From a virus, in IMG/VR virus record IMGVR_UViG_3300026478_000749, positions 22,001 through 86,000 of that record: a stretch of DNA of 64,000 nucleotides; one strand, written 5' to 3'. Below the pieces are notes generated by a model, which searched no databases, had not been told where the DNA came from, and was given only the letters and a program-made list of their open reading frames with translations. Position 1 is the stretch's first letter. Every line of letters begins with the position of its first letter. This document shows, one piece after another, positions 52,003 through 60,924 of this stretch. Made by a program: the position numbers and the translations under genes.

Positions 52003-54204
52003 ATGAGCTTTTTAGATAGTAGTAATTCAGAATTCTTATCAGCAAGAATAACCAGAAAGGGTAGAAAATCTATCGCTGAAGGTAATTTTGTTATAAAATA
52101 TTTTCAGGTCGGTGATTCTGAGTTTGATTATACTTTCAGTGGATTTACTGGAGCAGGCACAACACCAAGACAAAGAGTATTGGCGCCTATGGATGGAGAT
52201 CAGCATGTAAAGTATCCCTATCTATTAACAGGTACAGATACAATTAACTATGGTAACGCTGTTGAACAATCAATAACAACCACATTAAAAAATGCAATGG
52301 GTCCAGCTGGATTTGTTACAAACTATAGACCATATAACGCTAGTCCTTGTACTGGCACAACAGTTGAATGCGTATCAAAAGAAATTTCAACGACAACAAT
52401 TAGTACTACAGTCATTGATGGGGTACCAGTACCAGTTACAGGTACAACTGAATTATCTTTAGGCGTTACAGGTAAAACTGCACAAGATTTTAGAGAATGT
52501 GAGTATATTACATTGGTATTTGATAATGAATTTAAACAGTCTAACAATGTAATAAGCGGTGGAACTCAAAGCTTAGTCTATAAAATTACAGATATTATCA
52601 TTAATACCGGAACGACATTGATAAATGGCGTCCAAACAATTACCGGAGATACTAAATTAGTTTTAGATAGAAGAACGCCAAATTTAGCCGGAGCATCGCC
52701 ATCAAGTGTTACTAGAGTTGTTTGCAACAGGTGTAGCTTAGAGTATCCAGAATCTCCAGCAGGGTCAAGTGTCTGTTCACCATTACCAGTTGACAATCTA
52801 GCGCAACACGATCCATGGACACTAGAAACAATATGGACACAAAAGCCAGCTGGTTTAGACGCGTCTGATGAGGCATTAAGTGGTTATACTGGAACTCAAT
52901 TTGCATCTCTAAAAGAGTATTTGGGATATACATCTACAGGCCAAACATTTACAAATTTAACTGGCGGAACAATTTCAAATCCAACATCATATACAAATTC
53001 ATTCGGTGAAAAAATTGATGTTAAACCAGAAGATCAAAGATGTATTGCTGTTATTCACTATTCAGAATTAGGAGACATTGTTAATGATCCAGAAAGATTT
53101 TTTAAATATGATGATTACATTGGAAGCGAAACGGATGAAGAATATTATACATACGATCCAGATGATTTAGTTTCTGACGTTAATCATTTTGAAGTTTATA
53201 TTCCTTTTATTTTTTATCATAGAAATACAGGAACAACAATCGGCGCAAAATTTGTGATGGATACAACTGATTATTATGTTTCATCAGCAAAAAATACTAA
53301 ACCAAACACAAACAATCTTAAGTTTAGATTTTTATTAGACGAACAAGGTATTCGTGTTGGTAAAGTATTTGTCGATAAAAAAATTATTGTATTTGATGAC
53401 CAAGAATTGGTGGCTGTATTAGAATATAAAACAAATAGAAAATATACATTACCAGCCCCTAGATTTAACACAGTACCATTAGATTTACCAACATTCTATG
53501 ATTTAGATCCAGTAGTTCTTACAGGAGAAACTGCTTGGGTTACATACATGTTCCAATACACTGGCGACACCTATAAAAACGGTATGCACTGTAACTATTA
53601 TGGTAAAATTACAGGTACAACAAATTCAAATATAGGATTTAGATTTGAAACAGGAGATTTTAAATACTTAAGCAATTCATCATATTTTACTGGATTCACA
53701 GCAAATAAATTTTATGCTTTGGTTCAGGTTGTACAAACAGGAAATCAACCGTCCTCAGACGCTTGGAAAATAATTGATTTAACATCTCAAATATCTGGCC
53801 ATACTGTTGGTAACTTAATATCCAAAACAAACATGTGCGGATATCAATTTGTGATAACAGGAGATATGTACGATTCAGCATCAACATATGATATTGAAAC
53901 TTATCTTGGACCATTACCAAATATTGATCAACCAACATTACCACAATTTGGGGATTCACAACCCTTTCCAGGTGCTGTTCAATTAACAAGAGCAACTGAC
54001 GTAGAGGTTTTAAATTTCATGGTTAATTTACCCGGAACACAATTCTTAACAAGCCAGAACCCAACATATGTTACTGGACAACCAAAAAGAATAACAGAGG
54101 TAGCATTATTAAATGAAAATAAAGAACCTTTAGTTACAGCTAAATTAGCTAAACCGTTAGAAAGAACAGGTAATCAGGTATTTTCAGTTAGAATTGATTT
54201 CTAA
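52003..54204 (+). CDS. Tail fibre-attachment / baseplate structural protein
   Basis: N-terminal ITRKGRKSIA...IKYFQVGD and C-terminal ITEVALLNENKEPLVTAKL resemble phage tail-collar/fibre base domains; 16 [ST]GxT motifs. Confidence 0.55.
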   Translation: MSFLDSSNSEFLSARITRKGRKSIAEGNFVIKYFQVGDSEFDYTFSGFTGAGTTPRQRVLAPMDGDQHVKYPYLLTGTDTINYGNAVEQSITTTLKNAMGPAGFVTNYRPYNASPCTGTTVECVSKEISTTTISTTVIDGVPVPVTGTTELSLGVTGKTAQDFRECEYITLVFDNEFKQSNNVISGGTQSLVYKITDIIINTGTTLINGVQTITGDTKLVLDRRTPNLAGASPSSVTRVVCNRCSLEYPESPAGSSVCSPLPVDNLAQHDPWTLETIWTQKPAGLDASDEALSGYTGTQFASLKEYLGYTSTGQTFTNLTGGTISNPTSYTNSFGEKIDVKPEDQRCIAVIHYSELGDIVNDPERFFKYDDYIGSETDEEYYTYDPDDLVSDVNHFEVYIPFIFYHRNTGTTIGAKFVMDTTDYYVSSAKNTKPNTNNLKFRFLLDEQGIRVGKVFVDKKIIVFDDQELVAVLEYKTNRKYTLPAPRFNTVPLDLPTFYDLDPVVLTGETAWVTYMFQYTGDTYKNGMHCNYYGKITGTTNSNIGFRFETGDFKYLSNSSYFTGFTANKFYALVQVVQTGNQPSSDAWKIIDLTSQISGHTVGNLISKTNMCGYQFVITGDMYDSASTYDIETYLGPLPNIDQPTLPQFGDSQPFPGAVQLTRATDVEVLNFMVNLPGTQFLTSQNPTYVTGQPKRITEVALLNENKEPLVTAKLAKPLERTGNQVFSVRIDF

Positions 54205-54243
54205 GACTTTACTATAGATTTATTTTTTCTTATTATTTGTTTT

Positions 54244-54846
54244 ATGGACCTTAAATTCAAAAACAAATCGAAGATTCTTGGTTTAGATATTTCAACCAAG
54301 ACAATTGGCTGGGCTTTATTTGACCTAACCGGAAAAAAGTTATTGGAATTAACACATTTTTCCCCCAAGATAAAACCACAACCAGAAGATAAATTAGAAG
54401 AATTAATAAAAAAGGCAGACGCTTTTAAAAAACATCTAGAAGCATATAAGAATCTAGGTATTGTAAAAGTTATTATTGAAGAGCCATTATTAAATTCCAA
54501 TAACATCTACACAGTAGGTACGTTACTTCGCTATAATACTATGATCTGCAAAGCAGTATATGATGTATTAGAGATTGTACCAACATTTATTTCAACATAC
54601 AACGCTAGAAAGTTTGCATTTCCAGATTTAGTTGGTGACAACGGTAAAGGTAAGAACGTATTATTCGGTGGATATCCAAAAGACATTGATAAAAAACACG
54701 TTATCTGGGAACACGTTAATGCAGTATGTACAGAGGTAAAATGGTTATATGGTAAAACAGGTAATTTAAAGAAAGAGAACTATGATATGGCTGACGCCGC
54801 AACGGCTGTTATAGGATATATAAACATGATAAAAGAAAACGATTAA
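54244..54846 (+). CDS. ruvC: RuvC-like Holliday junction resolvase
   Basis: ILGLDISTKTIGWALF, VIIEEP, and YDMADAATA supply the RNase H-fold catalytic acidic residues. Confidence 0.8.
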   Translation: MDLKFKNKSKILGLDISTKTIGWALFDLTGKKLLELTHFSPKIKPQPEDKLEELIKKADAFKKHLEAYKNLGIVKVIIEEPLLNSNNIYTVGTLLRYNTMICKAVYDVLEIVPTFISTYNARKFAFPDLVGDNGKGKNVLFGGYPKDIDKKHVIWEHVNAVCTEVKWLYGKTGNLKKENYDMADAATAVIGYINMIKEND

Positions 54847-54850
54847 AAAA

Positions 54851-55057
54851 ATGGAAAAAACAATTAAAAGAATGGTCGACGGCAAAGTGGTACTTGAAAA
54901 TGTTATCTATGATACTAGTATTAGTAAAAGAATTAATGTTACAAACCCAAACACTGGATATAAAATAAACTCAATTACTATTGATCAAATTACTTATTAT
55001 CCTGTTGGAATTATCAAAGAAAAGAAGACTAAAGAAAAAATGGCAACTAATGTTTGA
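54851..55057 (+). CDS. Hypothetical protein (68 aa)
   Basis: Short ORF starting 4 nt after the ruvC stop. Confidence 0.5.
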   Translation: MEKTIKRMVDGKVVLENVIYDTSISKRINVTNPNTGYKINSITIDQITYYPVGIIKEKKTKEKMATNV

Positions 55058-55083
55058 TAAAGAACTTTATTTGTGTTATATTT
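55053..55083 (+). promoter_or_regulatory. Putative host-type (Bacteroidota) promoter
   Basis: TTTG-N20-TATATTT resembles the TTTG-N19-21-TAnnTTTG consensus. Confidence 0.5.
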
Positions 55084-55127
55084 AATAATGTAGGCGGGAA
55101 TGTAAATTTATTTACATTTTGGTTGGT

Positions 55128-55162
55128 TCCCCAGAGGGTGGTGTCTCTGGGGATTTTTTTTT
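55128..55162 (+). terminator. Rho-independent terminator
   Basis: TCCCCAGAG / CTCTGGGGA stem followed by T9. Confidence 0.85.
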
Positions 55163-55189
55163 ACGGTTTTTTTTACTTATATTTAAAAT

Positions 55190-56128
55190 ATGACCGCAAC
55201 TGATACCGATTTCGATCAAATTGTTGAACTTTTAGAGGACATTCTTGGAAATTACAAGATGCACAATGACTATAAGGGTCAAATATCCTTTGATTGTCCT
55301 GTTTGTTCGTATGAGATTAAGGGTTTAGATGAAGGAGACGGTAAAGGTAACTTGGAAATCAACTATAGAATGGGGGTTTACAAGTGCTGGTCTTGTGGTG
55401 AAACTCACGAAACTCACGGAAATCTTTATAAGCTCATAAAAAAATATGGGACAAAAAAGCAACTTCAGTTTTATGAGTTAATGCGTCCGGAAGACGTGGA
55501 GCAACCACAGAAAATCACTAAAATAGCTAATCTTCCAAATGAATTTATTTCATTTTCAGGAGCGAGCATGGGGCTAAAACTAACACATCATTACAGGCAA
55601 GCATACAACTATATCAAAAGTAGAAATATAACGGATGATATGGTTAAAAAACATAATATTGGGTTTGCTTATGAAGGTTTATTTGCAAACAGAATTATTA
55701 TCCCCTCTTATGATGCGAATAGAAAACTTAATTATTTTGTTGCCAGGTCTTACTTAACTAAGACCAAGATGAAATATAAGAATCCTGATGTTCAGAAAGA
55801 AATAATAATCTTCAATGAACACCTAATAGATTGGAATAGAACAATTTATCTGGTTGAAGGCGCGTTTGATAGTATATTTGTTGATAATTCAATTGCTATG
55901 CTAGGTAAGGTTATGGGTGAATTTCTTTACTCTAAACTTTATGCAAATGCAAAAGAAATTGTTATTGTGTTGGATGGGGATGCATGGGAAGATGCACAAA
56001 GACTTTATCATAAATTAAACACGGGCAAGTTATTTGGTAAAGTATGGGTCGTTAAAATGCCTATAGACAAAGATATCGCTGATTTAAAAGGCGATTTCGA
56101 AAATTTAGAAAAACTACAATTAGATTAA
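55190..56128 (+). CDS. dnaG: DNA primase (Zn finger plus TOPRIM)
   Basis: CPVC...CWSC zinc finger, NRIIIPSY, YKNP, LVEGAFD, VLDGDA, KDIAD. Confidence 0.88.
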   Translation: MTATDTDFDQIVELLEDILGNYKMHNDYKGQISFDCPVCSYEIKGLDEGDGKGNLEINYRMGVYKCWSCGETHETHGNLYKLIKKYGTKKQLQFYELMRPEDVEQPQKITKIANLPNEFISFSGASMGLKLTHHYRQAYNYIKSRNITDDMVKKHNIGFAYEGLFANRIIIPSYDANRKLNYFVARSYLTKTKMKYKNPDVQKEIIIFNEHLIDWNRTIYLVEGAFDSIFVDNSIAMLGKVMGEFLYSKLYANAKEIVIVLDGDAWEDAQRLYHKLNTGKLFGKVWVVKMPIDKDIADLKGDFENLEKLQLD

Positions 56129-56129
56129 T

Positions 56130-56891
56130 ATGGATTTACTATTAGAATTAAACAAGTTTGATCACATCAAGTATCATGATGAGCCACATCACTATTATAT
56201 TGAAGATCAATTATTGACATCTGCGACCACTTTTATTGGAAAGTTCAAAAACAAATTTGACAGCGATGGTCAAGCTGAAAGATATGCAAATAAACATGGC
56301 CTAGTAAAAGAAGAGGTATTAGCTGAATGGGACCACAAAAGAGATTATAGCACCATCAAAGGAAGCGCAGTGCATGATTATGCAGAAAACCATTGGAATA
56401 ATAAAATTTTCCCATACGATTCATCACCAGCTGTTAATAGATTTGGTGAAGACATTGTTAAACCAGCATATGACAAATGTGTAAAACTATTTGATAGATT
56501 CTATAACGATAGTAAAGCAAATTTAATACCTTTAAAAAGCGAATTTGTAATTGGCGATGCTGAATTAGGTATATGTGGAATGGTAGACCAGCTATTCTGG
56601 AACAAGAAAAGCAATCAGATTCAAATCTGGGACTGGAAAACAAACAAAGCCATAAACATGAAGAGTGATTATGGAAATAGATTTAAAAGACCAATCTCAC
56701 ATTTAGATGAATGTGAATATAACACATATAGCCTTCAAACAAGTCTATACAAATATATTATCGAAAAGAACACAAACTTAAAGATAGGTGATCTATATTT
56801 CGTTTGGTTTTTTGAAGGTAATGACAATTACAAAGTTTTCAAATGTGCAGACATGAGAAAAGAGATTATCGACATGTTAAACTCAAAATAA
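56130..56891 (+). CDS. PD-(D/E)xK exonuclease
   Basis: SATT, KGSAVHDYAE, GMVDQL, IWDWKT, YSLQTSLY. Confidence 0.8.
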   Translation: MDLLLELNKFDHIKYHDEPHHYYIEDQLLTSATTFIGKFKNKFDSDGQAERYANKHGLVKEEVLAEWDHKRDYSTIKGSAVHDYAENHWNNKIFPYDSSPAVNRFGEDIVKPAYDKCVKLFDRFYNDSKANLIPLKSEFVIGDAELGICGMVDQLFWNKKSNQIQIWDWKTNKAINMKSDYGNRFKRPISHLDECEYNTYSLQTSLYKYIIEKNTNLKIGDLYFVWFFEGNDNYKVFKCADMRKEIIDMLNSK

Positions 56892-56892
56892 A

Positions 56893-57708
56893 ATGATTAA
56901 AAAAATTGTACACATTGCAGATTTACACATCAGAACAATTCAATTACATGATTTGTATAAAGAGCAATTTGAAAAGCTAATTGAAGAAATTAGAGAACAT
57001 AGTGCACAATGGACATCTGAAGGTGTTAAATGGGATGAGATTCGTATTGTTATTGCTGGCGATATTGCACATCAGAAAATCAATATTTCAAACGAACAAC
57101 TAATGTTAACCAGTTGGTTTTTAAATAAACTTTCTGGTTATGGTAAGGTTGTTATTATTCCGGGAAACCACGATTTCTTAGAAAATAATATGCAGCGATT
57201 AGATAGTATAACACCAGTTGTAGAATTAATAGACAATAAAAATATTGTTTATCTAAAAGACAAAGGTGTGTATGAAGATGAAAATGTTGACTGGGTTGTA
57301 TATTCATTGTACCAACACAATGAAAGACCAGATTTTAAAGCAGACGGTCGTTATAAAATTGGTTTGTTTCACGGAGCAATACAAGGTATGTCTACAGATC
57401 TCGGCTTTAAATTTGAAGATGGGTATGATCGATTAAACTTTGTTGGCTTAGATTTACTTTTATGCGGTGATATACATAAAAGACAAACATTTAAACTACC
57501 TGGTGGTGGATTAGCTATTATGATCGGTTCTCTTATTCAACAAAACTTTGGTGAAACAGTTAAACATCATGGTTATGGGATATTTGATATGGTAACAAAA
57601 AAATATGATTTCTTTGATTTACCAAACAATCAACCATACATGCATTTTACCATTTCAGATATAAACGATATTCAAGATGAAAAAGAAGAACTCGTTAACG
57701 CTGGATGA
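56893..57708 (+). CDS. Mre11/SbcD/gp47-like metallophosphoesterase nuclease
   Basis: ADLH, AGDIAH, PGNHD, FHG, GDIHKRQ, GSLIQQNFGE. Confidence 0.9.
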   Translation: MIKKIVHIADLHIRTIQLHDLYKEQFEKLIEEIREHSAQWTSEGVKWDEIRIVIAGDIAHQKINISNEQLMLTSWFLNKLSGYGKVVIIPGNHDFLENNMQRLDSITPVVELIDNKNIVYLKDKGVYEDENVDWVVYSLYQHNERPDFKADGRYKIGLFHGAIQGMSTDLGFKFEDGYDRLNFVGLDLLLCGDIHKRQTFKLPGGGLAIMIGSLIQQNFGETVKHHGYGIFDMVTKKYDFFDLPNNQPYMHFTISDINDIQDEKEELVNAG

Positions 57709-58177
57709 TGAATTTGTAAGGTACTGCGAACTTAACAATATTACAGACATCGAAGGAACAGCCAAAAAGATATTTCAAAGAGGATTTACCATAGAAAAAT
57801 ATGGTGAAACACCAACAACAGCAAAAGGAAAAGAAGTAGAGGTGATCAAAGAAGTGATCAAGGAAGTTCCTGTTGAAAAGATTGTTGAAGTTATAAAAAC
57901 AGTTGAAGTGGTTAAAGAGGTTCCTGTTGAGAAAATTGTTGAGGTTATCAAAGAAGTTCCGGTACAAGTTAAAGGCGAAAAACAAGTAATCATCAAAGAA
58001 GTAATTAAAGAAGTACCTATTGAAAAGGTAGTTGTTAATGATGATGAGGTTAAAGCTTTAAAGCTGGAAAATGATAAATTAAAAGACGAGCTAGCCAAGA
58101 TAACAACTGCTTTAGAAAAAATGAATAAAGCGAAATATCTAAAGGGTAGCGACTTGAATAATCTATATGACGAATAA
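57677..58177 (+). CDS. Hypothetical protein with VIKEVPVEKIVE repeats and a C-terminal coiled coil
   Basis: Four KEVP(V/I) units within a V/E/K-rich tract. Confidence 0.7.
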   Translation: MKKKNSLTLDDEFVRYCELNNITDIEGTAKKIFQRGFTIEKYGETPTTAKGKEVEVIKEVIKEVPVEKIVEVIKTVEVVKEVPVEKIVEVIKEVPVQVKGEKQVIIKEVIKEVPIEKVVVNDDEVKALKLENDKLKDELAKITTALEKMNKAKYLKGSDLNNLYDE

Positions 58178-58187
58178 AATTTAAATT

Positions 58188-58502
58188 ATGGTATCAGTTT
58201 TAATCTTGTGGGCATTTATGGGTTACGGTATGACCACTATTCTAGTTTACGGATCAATTTTTGAAAACCAACGAGCTTGGATTAAAAAGAAATCTAAATT
58301 CTTTGGTGATCTAATTAGTTGCATGATGTGTACATCTACATGGGTTGGCTTTTTTATGTCAATACTTCTCGGTAGCTTAACTTCAAGATTTTTAGAAGTT
58401 AATTGGTTATTTGGTGTTTTCTTCGATGGAATGTTTACCTGTGGAATTGTATGGGCAATTAATGGTATTGTAGAATTTTTCGAAGAAAGCAGAATTAAGT
58501 AA
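58188..58502 (+). CDS. Small membrane protein (DUF1360-like)
   Basis: About three hydrophobic segments with the motif FFGDLISCMMCTSTWVG. Confidence 0.65.
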   Translation: MVSVLILWAFMGYGMTTILVYGSIFENQRAWIKKKSKFFGDLISCMMCTSTWVGFFMSILLGSLTSRFLEVNWLFGVFFDGMFTCGIVWAINGIVEFFEESRIK

Positions 58503-58547
58503 GAAAAAATTTTTAATTTTAAATCAAAAACATTATCTTTAACAGAT

Positions 58548-60881
58548 ATGAATCCTTTTATTAAAGTTGAGTGGGAAGACGTTGCTGAGAACTTTACCCC
58601 AGAGAGAATTAAACGTGTTAAAACGTACTTCCAAAACAAGTACAATACAACACATGTGCAAGTTGTTACAAAAACTCTAAGTCAAAAGCAAAACACAAAG
58701 CTGAAGACTCTAGAGGTTACTGATAGTATACTAGACCATCAGTATCAAAAAACATTAATGAAAGATTTTCTAACTGAGAATAAGGTTAATGTTAAGTGGG
58801 AGCTGTTAGATAGATTAGACAATCGTGTTAATTCTCAAATTGATAAAATCAATGAGAATAAAGTAAGATACAATAAATGGTTCATTAAGAAAGTTGAGTT
58901 TTCAAACTTTCTTTCTTTTGGAAAGAACAACAGTATTGATTTTACCGAATTGAATGGTATCAGCGTTATCGAATCAAATCCTAGAAACTTTGGTGGTAAG
59001 TCAACATCTAGTGTTGATCTATTAATGTTTTTATTCTTTAATACAACAACTAAAACAAAAACAAACGGCGAGGTTTTCAATAAATTTACCGACGACGATG
59101 AAGTTGTTGTAAAGGGGCATATAACAATTGATGGAGAAAATTATGTTATCTCCAGAACATTAACCAGAAAGAAAGGTAGATCCGGCGAATACTCTGTAAA
59201 AAGCGAATTAGAATTCTATAAAGAAAAGGAAGATGGTGAGCTTGAGAATTTAACAGGAGAACAGAGAAGGGAAACTGAGACGTTTATTGAATCAGCGATC
59301 GGAACCCAAGAAGATTTTCTTTCTACAATTTTAACTACTGGTTATAATCTAGAAGAATTGATCGAATCTAAGCCAACAGCGAGAGGTCAAATCTTAACTA
59401 AGTTTTTGGGTTTAGAAAATCTAAAGCAAAAGGAAGAGATTTGTAAAGAAATCTATAATGATTGGTCTAGAAAATTAATTAGCAATACTCATAATATTGC
59501 ACAATTAGAAGTTGATATTGAAGCTAGTAACGAAAGTATTGAAAACTCTAAAGATCAAATATTTGAACATACTAATCTTTTGACCGACTATGGTAATAAG
59601 TTAAAAGAATTAGAAGATAGAAGAGATTATATTCTTGGCTTGAGATCAAATGATATTGACCAGGAACTAATTAAAACAAATCCTGTTGCACTTCAACGAG
59701 AGATTGAAGAATTAAACACACAAAAAGCAGCAAGCAAAAGAAACGCAGAAGCTGTAGATGTGAAAGAACCTTCCAAATATTACAGTGAAGATGAGCACAA
59801 AGACCTAAAAGAGAAAATGGGTGAGGTGTACTCACTTATTGTTGCATATAAGCATACCAAAGGAGAAAAGGAAAAGTTAATAAAACAACTTGAAGAGGGA
59901 AAGATATGTCCAACATGTAAGCGAGCTTTAGATGAAGTTGACCATACATACGAGATTGAAAACCTAAAGAAAGAGATTGAAGAAATTAGCTCTCAAATTG
60001 ATTCAACCGAAAAAGAACTTGATGAATTGAAAGTGCAATCAGGTGGTTTCGATTCTCTTAAATCTGAGTTTGATAACTACGAAAGAAACAAACTGCGCAA
60101 AGCAAGATACGAGCTTGAAGTAGATCAAAAAGATTTGGAGATTAATGTTAAACAAACTAAGCTAGATAATTACGAGAATAATAAAAAGAAGCTTGATGAG
60201 AATCAAAAAATAGATGCCGAACTTCTTTCGTTAAGAACTAGATTGGAAACTGTAAATGCTGATATCCGCGTTTCAAATTCAACAATTGAAAGAAACAAAA
60301 TCAATATCACAACGATGGAGGAAAAAATTAAAACCTACAACGAATTGATAACAAAGATAAAAGCGGAGGAAGAACTTCAAGGTGTATTTAAGGTTTATTT
60401 GATGACCTATGGTAAAAATGGTATTTCAAAAACAATTTTGAAAAATATGATACCACTCATTAATCAAGAATTGAGTAGATTACTTTCTGACAGTTGCTAC
60501 TTTGTTTTAGAATTAAATATAAACGATAAGAACGAATTAGAGTTTATTATGATTGATTCTGAAACTAGAGTTGTTAAACCATTAAATGCCGGTTCTGGGT
60601 ATGAAAGAACAATATCTTCTTTAGCATTAAGAAGTGTACTTACAAAAGTATCATCATTACCAAAACCAAATATTGTTGTTATGGACGAAGTGTTTGGTAA
60701 AATAGCTGATGAGAACTTGGAGATGGTTGGTGAATTCTTTAAGAAAATCAAAAACTATTTCGAGCATATTTTTGTAATATCACACAATCCATTGATCAGA
60801 AACTGGTCTGACAATTTGATTATGATCAAAAAAGAAGAGAATGTCTCGTCTATTGATTATGTAACAACAAAAATTTCTTAA
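58548..60881 (+). CDS. Rad50/SbcC/gp46-like ATPase
   Basis: IKKVEFSNFLSFG, Walker A-like NFGGKST, coiled coils with CPTC zinc hook, signature GSGYE, Walker B VVMDE, and VISH. Confidence 0.9.
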   Translation: MNPFIKVEWEDVAENFTPERIKRVKTYFQNKYNTTHVQVVTKTLSQKQNTKLKTLEVTDSILDHQYQKTLMKDFLTENKVNVKWELLDRLDNRVNSQIDKINENKVRYNKWFIKKVEFSNFLSFGKNNSIDFTELNGISVIESNPRNFGGKSTSSVDLLMFLFFNTTTKTKTNGEVFNKFTDDDEVVVKGHITIDGENYVISRTLTRKKGRSGEYSVKSELEFYKEKEDGELENLTGEQRRETETFIESAIGTQEDFLSTILTTGYNLEELIESKPTARGQILTKFLGLENLKQKEEICKEIYNDWSRKLISNTHNIAQLEVDIEASNESIENSKDQIFEHTNLLTDYGNKLKELEDRRDYILGLRSNDIDQELIKTNPVALQREIEELNTQKAASKRNAEAVDVKEPSKYYSEDEHKDLKEKMGEVYSLIVAYKHTKGEKEKLIKQLEEGKICPTCKRALDEVDHTYEIENLKKEIEEISSQIDSTEKELDELKVQSGGFDSLKSEFDNYERNKLRKARYELEVDQKDLEINVKQTKLDNYENNKKKLDENQKIDAELLSLRTRLETVNADIRVSNSTIERNKINITTMEEKIKTYNELITKIKAEEELQGVFKVYLMTYGKNGISKTILKNMIPLINQELSRLLSDSCYFVLELNINDKNELEFIMIDSETRVVKPLNAGSGYERTISSLALRSVLTKVSSLPKPNIVVMDEVFGKIADENLEMVGEFFKKIKNYFEHIFVISHNPLIRNWSDNLIMIKKEENVSSIDYVTTKIS

Positions 60882-60924
60882 TACCACAAATTTTATTTAT
60901 ATTTGTATTAAACAACAAAGAATT

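Noticed and set aside
56130-56891. Cas4 or a CRISPR-associated locus
   Set aside because: It has a PD-(D/E)xK core but lacks the C-terminal Cys cluster of Cas4; no array or other cas genes are present.
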